A stretch of DNA of 64,000 bases, from assembly GCA_016193335.1 (NCBI GenBank), contig JACPSK010000001.1, forward strand, positions 585,440 to 649,439, read 5' to 3'. Below, one piece after another: positions 37,801 to 46,954 of this stretch. The notes beneath the pieces are model-generated. The model worked only from the letters and a program-made list of their open reading frames with translations, ran no database searches and was not told the DNA's origin. The position numbers and the translations under genes were made by a program. The number at the start of each line of letters is the position of its first letter. Positions within the stretch are counted from its first letter, which is position 1. The stretch is from Candidatus Magasanikiibacteriota bacterium. GTDB lineage: Bacteria > Patescibacteriota > Patescibacteriia > Magasanikbacterales > UBA922.

Positions 37801-38435
37801 CGGCCAAACGCAGTGGTATAACGGTTTCGGCTCGGATTGGAAATCAAAAGATATGGCTGAGAACCGGAGAATACCCGGATGGCAAACTCGCGGAGATTTT
37901 TATTGATATGTACAAAGAGGGGGCCGCTTTCAGAAGTTTGTTGAATTTGTTCGCTATTTCAATCTCCATAGGCCTTCAGTATGGAATTCCGCTCGAAAAA
38001 CTCGTGGATAAATTTACTTTCACCCGTTTTGATCCTGCGGGCATGACTGATCACCCGAATGTAAAAATATGCACTTCGGTTATAGATTGGGTGTTTCGTG
38101 TTTTGGGAATGGAATATCTGGGGAGAACCGATTTTGTCCAAGTTTCACCCAAGGGCGTGCAAAAAAATAAATTTGAACAAATGGCCAAGCTTGCGGAAAT
38201 CACCACCAAGCAAACATCTCTCGAGCTTGGGCGTTCCACTGCCCAGGAAGAAATGGATGCTCAAGCGGCATTACCCAGTTTAGAGAATCCCAAGACCATC
38301 GGTGGAGGTATTGACGAGGCCTTGAGTACTATGATGGGAGACGCGCCGGCTTGTCCCACCTGCGGACATATAACCGTTCGGAACGGGAGTTGTTACAAGT
38401 GTCTAAACTGCGGGGATAGTTTGGGGTGCAGTTAA
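34899..38435 (+). CDS. nrdJ: Adenosylcobalamin-dependent ribonucleoside-diphosphate/triphosphate reductase (class II RNR, NrdJ) with a C-terminal Zn ribbon
   Basis: 1178 aa. Class II RNR core with active-site NPCSE(Y) and TLLAPTG. C-terminal CPTCGHITVRNGSCYKCLNCGDSLGC. Confidence 0.92.
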   Translation: MGSTQTKSFQGLALGQGEDTEFTYNENGLRFKRKFSEEGKSPFDLVEYELRTSTIREPDGTVVFEMKNLEIPKQWSQVATDIIAQKYFRKAGVPQYQEDGNPKLNPDGSTMLGSETSAKQTMHRLAGTWRYWGEKYGYFASREDAQIFYDELVVMLLKQMAAPNSPQWFNTGLQWAYGIDGPAQGHYYVDPDTGAMTRSKDAYTHPQPHACFIQSVEDDLVNEGGIMDLWVREARLFKYGSGTGTNFSGLRGKGEPLSGGGKSSGLMSWLKIGDRAAGAIKSGGTTRRAAKMVILDLDHPDIEEFVNWKVGEEKKVAAMIASGYPSDYEGEAYQTVSGQNSNNSVRVPNKFMEALENSGSWNFTWRTDGTICKTIKARTLWDQIAYAAWACADPGLQFDDNINEWHTCPESGKIRGSNPCSEYMFLDNTSCNLASLNLEHFFNQETQTFDVDLFKHGVRLWTVVLEISVLMAQFPSKEIAEMSYEFRTLGLGYANIGSVLMTAGIPYESEEAYAFTGSVTAIMTAESYKASAEMAKFLGPFQKYELNKSDMLRVMRNHRRASFNVPDNEYEKLSVKPQGIRPEHAPAYLLAAARELWNEAVDMGEKYGYRNAQTTLLAPTGTIGLLMDCATTGVEPDFALVKFKKLAGGGYFKIVNEAVPVALRNLGYAEEQVTDIVNYMKGVGSINEAPHINSLSLKEKGFTDEDIKSVNKALGSAFEIQFAFNVWTLGEDCLKRVGFGAGEYNDPNFNMLKAMGFSREQIEGANEYVCGTMTIEGAPYLKEEHYPIFDCANKCGKKGKRFIHWRGHLRQMASAQPFLSGAISKTINMPNEVTVEDVKQAYWESWELCLKAVALYRDGCKLSQPLSTSSDAKEDDDVSLESKPLAKKEEVISEVPSSVVAPTTSPLSAASIPEFEYDDASDIARAIQEASKLLKQHIPDSHALESYSKEGEVTDHRIYIHGEKRSLPAKRSGITVSARIGNQKIWLRTGEYPDGKLAEIFIDMYKEGAAFRSLLNLFAISISIGLQYGIPLEKLVDKFTFTRFDPAGMTDHPNVKICTSVIDWVFRVLGMEYLGRTDFVQVSPKGVQKNKFEQMAKLAEITTKQTSLELGRSTAQEEMDAQAALPSLENPKTIGGGIDEALSTMMGDAPACPTCGHITVRNGSCYKCLNCGDSLGCS

Positions 38436-38498
38436 AAAATAGAACAGGTACTTTATTGCAAAGAGAAGGACATAAAAGTGTCCTTCCCTTAAACTGTT

Positions 38499-39053
38499 AT
38501 GAAGATTTATACCAAAACCGGTGATAAGGGAGACACTTCACTCTTGGGGGGCAAGCGTGTAAATAAGAATTGCGTTGAGATGCACGCTATCGGCGAAGTG
38601 GACGAATTGAACGCAGTCCTTGGTATCCTGTTGAGTTTTTTTTTAGAGAGAAACGAGATGGGACAAACAATTCGGGAGTTGACAAGAGTCCAGCATCGTT
38701 TGTTTACGGTTGGTTCTAACCTTGCCGCTCTCCAAACAGATTTGGTCCAAGTGCCCAAGCTTGTGGAAGAAGACGTGAGAACTTTGGAACAATGGATAGA
38801 TTGCATGCAAGAAGATCTTGAGCCTCTTCGGCATTTTATTCTGCCCGGTGGAGACCGGCTCGCGGCTTATTGTTTTTTTGCTCGGGCGCTGTGCAGGCGC
38901 GCGGAGCGTGAGATCGTTGGATTGTGGGATGAACAAAACAACATGGATCCTCTCTTGCTTCAATATATAAATCGTTTGAGTGATGTCTTATTTGTTCTTG
39001 GAAGGTGGGTGAATAGAAAACAGAATGTAGAGGATGTAAAATGGGAGAAATAG
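38499..39053 (+). CDS. PduO-type ATP:cob(I)alamin adenosyltransferase
   Basis: N-terminal MKIYTKTGDKGDTSL is the PduO/MMAB signature. 184 aa. Confidence 0.88.
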   Translation: MKIYTKTGDKGDTSLLGGKRVNKNCVEMHAIGEVDELNAVLGILLSFFLERNEMGQTIRELTRVQHRLFTVGSNLAALQTDLVQVPKLVEEDVRTLEQWIDCMQEDLEPLRHFILPGGDRLAAYCFFARALCRRAEREIVGLWDEQNNMDPLLLQYINRLSDVLFVLGRWVNRKQNVEDVKWEK

Positions 39054-39143
39054 AGTTGAACAGAAAGGTATCCTATGGTAATCTTGGGGCAGTTGTCATA
39101 GTTTGCAGGCAACGCATAGAGGATTAAATCAAAAAAGAAAAAA

Positions 39144-39229
39144 GGGCTAATGGCGGAATCGGTATACGCGCGACACTTAAAATGTCGTGGCCTCTGGCCT
39201 TGTGGGTTCGAGTCCCACTTAGCCCACCA
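39144..39229 (+). tRNA. tRNA-Leu (TAA), type II, CCA encoded
   Basis: Acceptor GGGCTAA/TTAGCCC, anticodon loop CTTAAAA, long variable arm TGGCCTCTGGCCTTG, T-loop TTCGAGT. Confidence 0.8.
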
Positions 39230-39232
39230 AAA

Positions 39233-40330
39233 TCAATTATTTTCCAACTCGTGTCGGTAATAGTGATGATAAATCGACACGATGGCCAGGAACAGCGCCG
39301 CGATGATAGGGCCGATGATGAAACCCGAAATTCCGAACATAAAAATACCGCCCAAGGTGGAAAACAAAACGACGAGCGGATGCATTTGAATGTCTTTTCC
39401 CACCAAGACGGGACGTATGAGATTGTCAACCGTGCTTATCACCAACACGCCAAAAATGAGTATGGTAAGGCCCTGCCATATATTTCCGAACAAAAGCATG
39501 GCAATCCCGGCCGGCAACCATACCAACCCGGGCCCCATGGCCGGAATGACGGAAAGCATGGTCATGACGAAGCCCCAGACAAAGGCCCCTTCAATGCCTG
39601 TTACCCAAAACATGATCCCTCCAAGGAGACCTTGCACCGCGCCTACCGCGAAGGTCCCTTTGATAGTGGCTCTGGTAGTGGAAGTGAAACGCTCGAAGAG
39701 CATACTTTCGTATGTGTCACCCAAAGGAGAGAGCATCATAAGTTTTTTTATGATTCGTTTTCCGTCTTTAAAAAGATAATACAAAGTATAAAACATCATA
39801 AAGAGCATAAAGAAAAAGCGCAGTGAATTTTGGGTGATGCTCTTTACAGTCTCGAATATATAAGCACTCATTTTTTGAGTCAGAGAACTCGCGTAATTTG
39901 TCCATTGGGCCTGTATATCTTGTATATACGGAGCCAAAGCCGTATTTTGCACCCACTCTGCCAAGTCTCCTACATTGCTCAGCACGCGGTTTTGGTTGAT
40001 TGCGTTATACAAGCTTATTGATTCATTTACCAAGAGCACGGTCATAAGGACGAGGGGAAGAAACAAGATCACAAAAACCAGCACCAAAGAAATAATGGCG
40101 CTTAGCCCGCTTATTTTTATATAACGATGCAAAAAATTGTACATCGGATAAAACAGCACAGCCACAATGGCGGCCCAGAATATGGGATATAGAAATGGAC
40201 GTATAATATAGAGCATGGCAAGAGCCAACATGATAATAAGCCCAAAAAAGAAAGCTGATCTCATGGTGCTGAACCGCACTTTTTCATTGTTTGGCATATA
40301 ATTTTGAGTATATTGATATAATTGTATCAA
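39233..40330 (-). CDS. AI-2E family transporter (UPF0118/PerM-like)
   Basis: 365 aa with eight TM helices and the conserved AI-2E central loop pattern. Confidence 0.75.
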   Translation of the reverse strand: MIQLYQYTQNYMPNNEKVRFSTMRSAFFFGLIIMLALAMLYIIRPFLYPIFWAAIVAVLFYPMYNFLHRYIKISGLSAIISLVLVFVILFLPLVLMTVLLVNESISLYNAINQNRVLSNVGDLAEWVQNTALAPYIQDIQAQWTNYASSLTQKMSAYIFETVKSITQNSLRFFFMLFMMFYTLYYLFKDGKRIIKKLMMLSPLGDTYESMLFERFTSTTRATIKGTFAVGAVQGLLGGIMFWVTGIEGAFVWGFVMTMLSVIPAMGPGLVWLPAGIAMLLFGNIWQGLTILIFGVLVISTVDNLIRPVLVGKDIQMHPLVVLFSTLGGIFMFGISGFIIGPIIAALFLAIVSIYHHYYRHELENN

Positions 40331-40385
40331 TTTGAGAAAGCTTTCACAATCCCGATGAAAAAACCACGGATTTATGCCTGAGTTT

Positions 40386-41420
40386 CTATTTTTTCTTTTG
40401 GGTAAATATACTCCGTATCACATCTTGCACATCAGCCTCATTTATAAGTATGTCATCCACGGGGAAAGAGCTCAGAAGCTCTATGGCAACAGATTTTGCT
40501 TTCGATTTGGGCACTTCGAGCACCACTCTTCTCGGAGTTTGTTCTTTTATGGTTCCAAGGCTTTCTAATTCTTTCTTGGTGATGTCCTTTTTAAAAGTCA
40601 CCTCGAGTATCTTGTGGTCTACATACTCATCCATAAGTTTTTTGAGAAGCCCATCATACATCACAGAACCGTGATTTATGATGATAACCCGTTCGCAGAG
40701 CTCTTCCACGTCTTCCATGTAATGCGAAGTAAGTATGATTGTGATTTTTTTTTCTTTATTATATTTTTTCAAAAATCCTCTGATATTATTTTGGGATACC
40801 ACGTCGAGGCCGATGGTTGGCTCATCGAGGAAAAGCACTTTTGGAGAATGAAGAAGCGCGGCCACGAGTTCGCATTTCATGCGCTGGCCAAGAGACAATT
40901 TTCGAACTTGCACGTCCAGAATATCCCGTATATCCAGAAGTTCGGTGAGTTCATCGATAGTTTCCTTGAATTGCGTATCCGGTACTTCGTAAATTTCTTT
41001 ATTTAAAATAAAGCTTTCCATGGCCGGCAGATCCCACCAGAGCTGGTTTTTTTGCCCCATCACCAAAGCGAATTGTTTTTGGAATTCTTTTTGGCGTTTC
41101 CATGGGGTAAAACCGAGCACTTTGGCTTCACCTGTCGTGGGGTACAGAATTCCTGAGAGCATTTTTAGAGTAGTGGTTTTGCCCGCTCCGTTCGGCCCGA
41201 GGAAACCCACTAATTCTCCTTCTTCAATGGAAAATTTCGCATTTTGCACGGCATGAGTAAAAAGTTTTTCTCTATGAAACAGACTTTTGATTGAATTCAA
41301 GAGCCCGACTTGTTTTTTGTGGTATTCGTAGGTTTTGGAAAGATTTTTTACTTCAATGACGGGCATATTATGATTTTTATGTACTGTGCAGATAGTATCA
41401 AGGAAACGGCATTTTGTCAC
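40386..41420 (-). CDS. ABC transporter ATP-binding protein (the start is probably the internal MPVIEV)
   Basis: Walker A GPNGAGKTT, signature LSLGQRMK, Walker B LFLDEPTIGLD. Confidence 0.9.
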   Translation of the reverse strand: MTKCRFLDTICTVHKNHNMPVIEVKNLSKTYEYHKKQVGLLNSIKSLFHREKLFTHAVQNAKFSIEEGELVGFLGPNGAGKTTTLKMLSGILYPTTGEAKVLGFTPWKRQKEFQKQFALVMGQKNQLWWDLPAMESFILNKEIYEVPDTQFKETIDELTELLDIRDILDVQVRKLSLGQRMKCELVAALLHSPKVLFLDEPTIGLDVVSQNNIRGFLKKYNKEKKITIILTSHYMEDVEELCERVIIINHGSVMYDGLLKKLMDEYVDHKILEVTFKKDITKKELESLGTIKEQTPRRVVLEVPKSKAKSVAIELLSSFPVDDILINEADVQDVIRSIFTQKKK

Positions 41421-41450
41421 GGTTGACGCTACTGTGGGATTGTTTCTATT

Positions 41451-42242
41451 TTAGCTCGAAGCGCTGGAGTATCGCTTGAGGGCGCTGTACCAAAAGCGCC
41501 GGGCGATAGAGAATAAAAGAATAGTAAAAAACAGCGTGTACAGTAAGATATACCAGGGCCAATGTCCGATAAGCAGCGAGGCACTCACCCAGCCATCGAA
41601 CGCGATCGGTATGAGAGTGAGCGTTATGATGCGGATGCTTTTCGGGAACACGTCAAGCGGATATTTGCCCATGGTGTTGAGCGCTTCCCACGCATCATTT
41701 ATATTATCGATGCGCAAGAACCAGAAACTGAGCGTGTTGATGATAAGCGACACTGAGTAGCGGATAATGACCGCGCAGACTATCACGAGTATGGCCGCCA
41801 CTATATATACGGGTCTGACTTCGATGTGGAAACGCGTTATGATCCATGTGAGGACAGGAATATGCAGTAGGAGGAGACGGTAGAGACTTCGCATCACAAA
41901 GGTATGGGTGGAAATGAGAAACAGCGATCCTACAGGACGAGTGAGATACATATCGAGTTTTCCGTCTGTTATAGTGTCCGGAATATTCCACATGTTGTAT
42001 TTCACGAACATGGTAAAAATTTCATCCACGATTACCCAGAGCAAGGTCAAGAGATACACTTCGTGTTTTTCCCAGCCCGCGATCGCGGGGGTGTGCGCGT
42101 AGATTACTTCGATAATAATGGCCATCATGCCGAGCCAAAGCGCGTTCGAAAACATATGGAGCCAGGTATCGGCGCGATACTCGGCTTCGTAGGAAACCGC
42201 GTTTAAAAAAAGGCGGCGGTAGATGCGCGATTGTTTTATCAT
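41451..42242 (-). CDS. ABC-2 family transporter permease, paralog 1
   Basis: 263 aa, six TM helices, conserved C-terminal ...ALKRYSSASS. Confidence 0.7.
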   Translation of the reverse strand: MIKQSRIYRRLFLNAVSYEAEYRADTWLHMFSNALWLGMMAIIIEVIYAHTPAIAGWEKHEVYLLTLLWVIVDEIFTMFVKYNMWNIPDTITDGKLDMYLTRPVGSLFLISTHTFVMRSLYRLLLLHIPVLTWIITRFHIEVRPVYIVAAILVIVCAVIIRYSVSLIINTLSFWFLRIDNINDAWEALNTMGKYPLDVFPKSIRIITLTLIPIAFDGWVSASLLIGHWPWYILLYTLFFTILLFSIARRFWYSALKRYSSASS

Positions 42243-43039
42243 ATTCCCACTCCTTCATATCTTTTTAGTCCGCGTCTCCACATGATCCAGCACAAGAAGC
42301 CAATGGCTCCGACCCAAGCGAGCCCCGACAGGAGTTGTTTTGCCGCTTCCAAAGCTTCCATTTGATTGAGGTATATCTGGGCCGGCACGTAGGCCATAAA
42401 CGCAAAGGGCAATACATCTGCCATGCGCTGAAAAATCGCCGGGAAAAAGGAGAGCGGCGCGATCATGCCGGAAAACACAATGGATACGATTTGAATGGCG
42501 TGCTCGGTGGCCCGTACTTCGCCCAGCCAAAAAGCTCCAATTCCGACGCCCCATTCGATAAGATGTGAAATAAGAAATGAAATTATGAGACTGCCGGCGA
42601 AAAAGAATATTGTCGCAATGTCAGCCGGTTTATGTATATAAGCCGGAGCAAAGAGAAAGACGCCGCTAAGAAGAACCAGAGCGATAATCACTGAAATTAT
42701 TTTGTATGAGGCCTCTGCGATGAATTGCTTAAAAAAATAATTAACCGGTTGGGTAAGCATCACACTCAGATCGCCCTGCATAATATGCAGACGTATGTGT
42801 CTGCCGGTGTGAGAAGTGAATCCCAAGCTTACGAAGGAGAGAATAATATAATAAGTGACGATGTCTTCCCGCGTATAGCCCGCGATTTCAGGTCGTGAGC
42901 CGTAAATGGCGAGCCAAAGAAAAGGAAAAATCAAAAAATGCACCATGTCCACGAGAGCCCAAATAACAAGGCGAGCGCGGTATATAAGGTAGCGTTGGGT
43001 ATAATTCGCGTAGATGTGATAATAGGCTTTGAAGGACAT
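42239..43039 (-). CDS. ABC-2 family transporter permease, paralog 2
   Basis: 266 aa, six TM helices. The 4-nt overlap with paralog 1 suggests translational coupling. Confidence 0.7.
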   Translation of the reverse strand: MSFKAYYHIYANYTQRYLIYRARLVIWALVDMVHFLIFPFLWLAIYGSRPEIAGYTREDIVTYYIILSFVSLGFTSHTGRHIRLHIMQGDLSVMLTQPVNYFFKQFIAEASYKIISVIIALVLLSGVFLFAPAYIHKPADIATIFFFAGSLIISFLISHLIEWGVGIGAFWLGEVRATEHAIQIVSIVFSGMIAPLSFFPAIFQRMADVLPFAFMAYVPAQIYLNQMEALEAAKQLLSGLAWVGAIGFLCWIMWRRGLKRYEGVGI

Positions 43040-43069
43040 GGAGATATGGTATCAAAATTCAGCAAACTA

Positions 43070-43098
43070 AAAAACCCCGCTATGTCGGGGTTTTTTTT
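43070..43098. terminator. Stem-loop terminator
   Basis: AAAAACCCCGCTATGTCGGGGTTTTTTTT. Confidence 0.55.
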
Positions 43099-43111
43099 GG
43101 AGTCTCTATCT

Positions 43112-43267
43112 TTAGGCGGCTTCTTCTAAGCTTTCAGGGTTCGGTACTTTGTCTTTTTTTTCTTCTTCACCCGGTTCCCAATCTTTTTCCCATGTGGCTC
43201 TATTGAGCTCATCTTCCACATCTCCTAATTCATTCGGATTCATGCCTTTTGGTAGACCTTCAGACAT
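43112..43267 (-). CDS. Possible 51-aa acidic small protein (below the ORF-track cutoff)
   Basis: MSEGLPKGMNPNELGDVEDELNRATWEKDWEPGEEEKKDKVPNPESLEEAA. There is no clear SD. It lies between permease paralogs 2 and 3. Confidence 0.2.
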   Translation of the reverse strand: MSEGLPKGMNPNELGDVEDELNRATWEKDWEPGEEEKKDKVPNPESLEEAA

Positions 43268-43336
43268 ATAATTTTGATTAAAAAATAACTAATGAAGTAT
43301 AGCAGAAAAAGCTTATTTTGTCAATGTTTTGACACT

Positions 43337-44128
43337 TCAGCTCGAAGCGCTCGCGTAGCTTCTAAGGGCGATTTTCCAGATTATACGACAGACAATAAAA
43401 CTGAGGACAGCCGCGAGAAGGGCTCCAACGATGAGGAGAATATCAAATTCCTTGGTCAAAAGTTTAACCGGAACCGTAGTCACGAAAACGAGAGGAAGCA
43501 CAAAGGTATAAACAACGCGGGCTATGCCACGGTATATGTCGGTTGGGTAGCGGGCCAGATCCTGGAATCTCCATGAAATGGCATTGGTCGACCAGCCTTC
43601 TATGGATTTGAAGCTGATTGTTTTGACCGAAAGCATGACAGCGTAAAGAACCATTTGTCCGCACATAAGTGTTAGAAAAAATACGGGTAGGCGCAGAATA
43701 GTCTCGAAGAGGGGTGCTTCTCTTAAGCCGGCGAACACAATGAATATTCCCACGATGGAACGCCCGGCGTCTTCCAGATCCATTCTATGAGTGCTTACTA
43801 TGAATTGCGGATCTACCGGTTTTACGAGAAGCCAATCCAAATCCCCGCGTTTTACTAAGCCATCGAGTTCACTTACTCCGCCTTTAAAAAGTATCCATGA
43901 TAAAGAACTGGTAATCATAAATACCCCTATGAGGACCAGCATATCATTATAAGTCCAGCCGGCTATGTTCGTGACATGATTAAATAAAATAACAATAGAA
44001 ACATAGATGCTCAAGGATTCAAGACCGGTTAAAAAGACAAAGAGCCAAAAACGGACGCGGCGGTAAGAAAGCGCGCGCATGGCGTTTGCTTTGAAAAAGA
44101 TGGCGTAGAGTTTGAAATAGCGCGACAT
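43337..44128 (-). CDS. ABC-2 family transporter permease, paralog 3
   Basis: 263 aa, six TM helices, C-terminal ...ALRSYASASS. Confidence 0.7.
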   Translation of the reverse strand: MSRYFKLYAIFFKANAMRALSYRRVRFWLFVFLTGLESLSIYVSIVILFNHVTNIAGWTYNDMLVLIGVFMITSSLSWILFKGGVSELDGLVKRGDLDWLLVKPVDPQFIVSTHRMDLEDAGRSIVGIFIVFAGLREAPLFETILRLPVFFLTLMCGQMVLYAVMLSVKTISFKSIEGWSTNAISWRFQDLARYPTDIYRGIARVVYTFVLPLVFVTTVPVKLLTKEFDILLIVGALLAAVLSFIVCRIIWKIALRSYASASS

Positions 44129-44139
44129 ATGCTTATGGG

Positions 44140-44931
44140 TTACCTTCCGACGGCTTCAAATTTTTTTATGCCTCGTGTCCAAGCGAGTTTGATGATCAGC
44201 ACAAAAATAAGAATCCAAACTGCGGCAGTGGCGAGAAGCCGGGCGTCCAATTCCATACGACCCAAAAATATCTGTATGGGCACATACAATAAGAATTGAA
44301 AAGGCGAATAACGGTTTACGGGCGCGAACCATTCCGGGAAGAGATCGAGAGGGAGGGAATTTCCGTTGAGGAGATTGCTGAAAATGAGAAACATATATAC
44401 TATGGGTCTGCCATTGATCATCCAAAAAGAAGACAAAGCCGCGAAATAATAAATGAGATAATAAAACAAAGCCGCTACTACGGTCATGCCGGAGAAAGCA
44501 ATCCATCCGGCCGTATTTGGGAGCTCTGTATACGCGCCAAACAGCAGAAGCAGTATCGCGATCACAGGAGACAAGAATATCGCGTTGATCGAAACCTTGG
44601 CGAATAATTTTAAGCAGTTTTCAATGGAAAAACTGAAAGGTTTGAGCAGATAATTGCTTATTTCGCCTTGATTGATTTGTTCGCAGACATCAAAACCGAG
44701 TCCTACGCCTTCTGAAACCAACATAAGGAGAAGTGTCAGCAAAACATAATACAAGACAAGATCAGGCAGCGAGTAGGTACCGAGATGCTCTCCGCTTTCA
44801 TAGACTGAAATCCACAGGTACATAATGCCACTCAGGCTCAGTATGTGGCTGATTACCAAGAGACCCAGGTTCAGCCGGTATTGCAGCGCCGCGGAGACTG
44901 CGTTTTTGTAGGAGAGAAAATATTTTTTCAT
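44140..44931 (-). CDS. ABC-2 family transporter permease, paralog 4
   Basis: 263 aa, six TM helices, the same length class and C-terminal pattern as the other three. Confidence 0.7.
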   Translation of the reverse strand: MKKYFLSYKNAVSAALQYRLNLGLLVISHILSLSGIMYLWISVYESGEHLGTYSLPDLVLYYVLLTLLLMLVSEGVGLGFDVCEQINQGEISNYLLKPFSFSIENCLKLFAKVSINAIFLSPVIAILLLLFGAYTELPNTAGWIAFSGMTVVAALFYYLIYYFAALSSFWMINGRPIVYMFLIFSNLLNGNSLPLDLFPEWFAPVNRYSPFQFLLYVPIQIFLGRMELDARLLATAAVWILIFVLIIKLAWTRGIKKFEAVGR

Positions 44932-44955
44932 GCAAAGAAAATTTATTCGGGCGTC

Positions 44956-45696
44956 TTACCTTATCTGTTCCCTTTTAATGTATCTCCATTTTCCTGTCGG
45001 CAAGGTATTAAGTTTTAATTTTCCTATTCTGATCCGTTTCAGGGACAATACATGATAACCCAGTATGCCAAACATTTTTCTGATTTGTTTGTTCTCTTTT
45101 TTTAGGATAATGGTAATAATACTGCGTTTTCCTTTATTCCATTTTTTTGCGATGTGTATGCCTTGGACAAATTCGTTTCCTAATTTCATGCCATGTCCCA
45201 GCACTTTTTCCGCGGGCCTTGAGAGCCGGTTATCTATGCTTATTTCGTACTCTTTTTCAAGCTCATGGCAAGAATGGGCCAATGTTTTGTCATTGCTTAA
45301 AAGAACCAATCCCTCGGATTCTTTGTCCAATTCCTCAACAGAGAAAATATTTTTGTTTGGGTTTTGTTTTGCGTTTCCAATGACGTTGTGAGTACGGAGT
45401 AGATCAAAAATTGAAGCCTCCCGCTCTTTGCCCGCATCGCAGATGTAATCAATGGGTTTGTTGAGTGCGATATATGTGAGTCTTGGCCTTGCTTCAATTT
45501 TATTTTTTATTTTTTGAATTTTTGTTAGGTCCGAATCGGACACTGATACTTTGTCTTTTTCCGGGTCAATCATCACTCCCATACGGGTGATAATTTGACC
45601 GTTTATTGTTATTTTGCCGGCGGCAATAAGCTCTTCTGCCTTGCGACGTGAGGCGATACCGAGATCGGCTATATGTTTTTGGAGGCGAATAAGCAT
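44956..45696 (-). CDS. Pseudouridine synthase, RsuA/RluB family, with an N-terminal S4 domain
   Basis: S4 motif (LQKHIADLGIASRRKAEELIAAGKITINGQ) and the catalytic Asp region of the RsuA family. Confidence 0.85.
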   Translation of the reverse strand: MLIRLQKHIADLGIASRRKAEELIAAGKITINGQIITRMGVMIDPEKDKVSVSDSDLTKIQKIKNKIEARPRLTYIALNKPIDYICDAGKEREASIFDLLRTHNVIGNAKQNPNKNIFSVEELDKESEGLVLLSNDKTLAHSCHELEKEYEISIDNRLSRPAEKVLGHGMKLGNEFVQGIHIAKKWNKGKRSIITIILKKENKQIRKMFGILGYHVLSLKRIRIGKLKLNTLPTGKWRYIKREQIR

Positions 45697-45765
45697 AGAG
45701 ACAGGGGTCTGATAATACGCTGATGAGCGGCTCGGTTGAGTTGAATAAATCGGATTGATAAAGGA

Positions 45766-46467
45766 TCACTTCGCGAGCAAGATTTTTCTTTTTGATTCGG
45801 GGAATTTCTCTATGGCATAGCGCAGAGCCGTGCGTGGCATTTTATTTTTGCGTTTCATCACGAATTCAAAGACTTCTGTGGGGAATACATTACTTGCTTC
45901 TTTGAGCATCCAACCATAGCCTTTTTGTACCATATTGTCTTGATCCATCAAGAGCAAGTCGGCCGCTTTGAGGACGTCATCAAGACATTTTTTCCCCCTT
46001 ACGGAAACAATCAAGCTGACAGCCGATGCCCGTCTGACCCAGCGGTTTTTTGATTTGACCCATTTTTTTATTTGGGGAATAAGTTCGGGAAATTTTGAGA
46101 TCAAATATCCGAGCGCGTGGGTGCACAGATCATCACACATACCCCAGTTTGTAACATAGGTTTTTATCCATTTTTCAAACGTTTTGAATTCAGCCTTCGT
46201 GTAATCAACTCTCAGGCGAAACGCCCAGTCAAAAGCTATGGAAGCTTCTTCATTATAGTTTGAGGCGAGAAGTTGTTCGGATATTTTATATATGTTTTTT
46301 TTAGGAAGATCTTTGAGGAGTTTGAAATAATTTTTGGCGATTTTTTTTACGATAGGAGCGCGCACGCCATAGAGTTTGACCGGTTCTTTGAAAAAACCGA
46401 GAGAACAGGTTTTGTATGCCGGTTCTATATGGGATTTGAGTTCGCGGCGGATCGTGGATAGGGGCAT
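45766..46467 (-). CDS. DNA alkylation repair enzyme, AlkD/AlkC-like HEAT-repeat glycosylase
   Basis: 233 aa. The N-terminus and periodic HEAT-like helices are typical of the AlkD family. Confidence 0.7.
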   Translation of the reverse strand: MPLSTIRRELKSHIEPAYKTCSLGFFKEPVKLYGVRAPIVKKIAKNYFKLLKDLPKKNIYKISEQLLASNYNEEASIAFDWAFRLRVDYTKAEFKTFEKWIKTYVTNWGMCDDLCTHALGYLISKFPELIPQIKKWVKSKNRWVRRASAVSLIVSVRGKKCLDDVLKAADLLLMDQDNMVQKGYGWMLKEASNVFPTEVFEFVMKRKNKMPRTALRYAIEKFPESKRKILLAK

Positions 46468-46592
46468 ATGACGAGAGTATGAATAGTATGAACGCGATGG
46501 ATAGAGGCAAATTGATGTCTGATTTTCAGATGCTCTCTGTATTTAATCGTATTTATGCTTATTTTTCAATAGAGATGAGGGGCATGTGTTAC

Positions 46593-46636
46593 AAATTTAT
46601 AATTTGAAATTTTTAATTTTTAAACAATTTTTAATG
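46593..46636. repeat. Palindromic AT-rich motif, copy C
   Basis: TTATAATTTGAAATTTTTAATTTTTAAACAATTT is the reverse-complement version of the 14990 motif, upstream of the minus-strand AlkD gene. Confidence 0.4.
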
Positions 46637-46840
46637 ATGTGATATCGCGTGAAGAGTTGTTGTTTGTGTGTGGTTTATACTTTCTGTTTAAAGGTTTATC
46701 AAGTCTGGCGCTTGATTTAAATTCATAGCATTAAATGTAAGTTTGGAAGCGTACAGTTATTTGACAAAGATTAACTTATATATTATTTTTCCATGCGTCT
46801 TCGATTTTTGTTTCCATCGACCTTAAGGAGAAAAAAGACC

Positions 46841-46954
46841 ATGCGTTCTTTGGACGACAAGATGGGCAAGGGACAGCGTCCGCCCCGCGGACTGCGTAAG
46901 CACATCCGCCTGAAGAAGGCGGAGGAGAGGAGGGGGCGTAAAGTCGCAGAGTAG
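46841..46954 (+). CDS. GC-rich 37-aa basic peptide ORF. It continues in-frame past a TAG into a Cys-rich Zn-ribbon-like extension ending at 47110.
   Basis: SD AAGGAG precedes ATG 46841. MRSLDDKMGKGQRPPRGLRKHIRLKKAEERRGRKVAE, then TAG, then in the same frame PVSVRYWVCKAEKGPHWHTVTCNHHNRWGDNPCRRCGAARPRSPESIELPA and a second TAG. GC3-rich codons. Below the ORF-track cutoff. Confidence 0.35.
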   Translation: MRSLDDKMGKGQRPPRGLRKHIRLKKAEERRGRKVAE

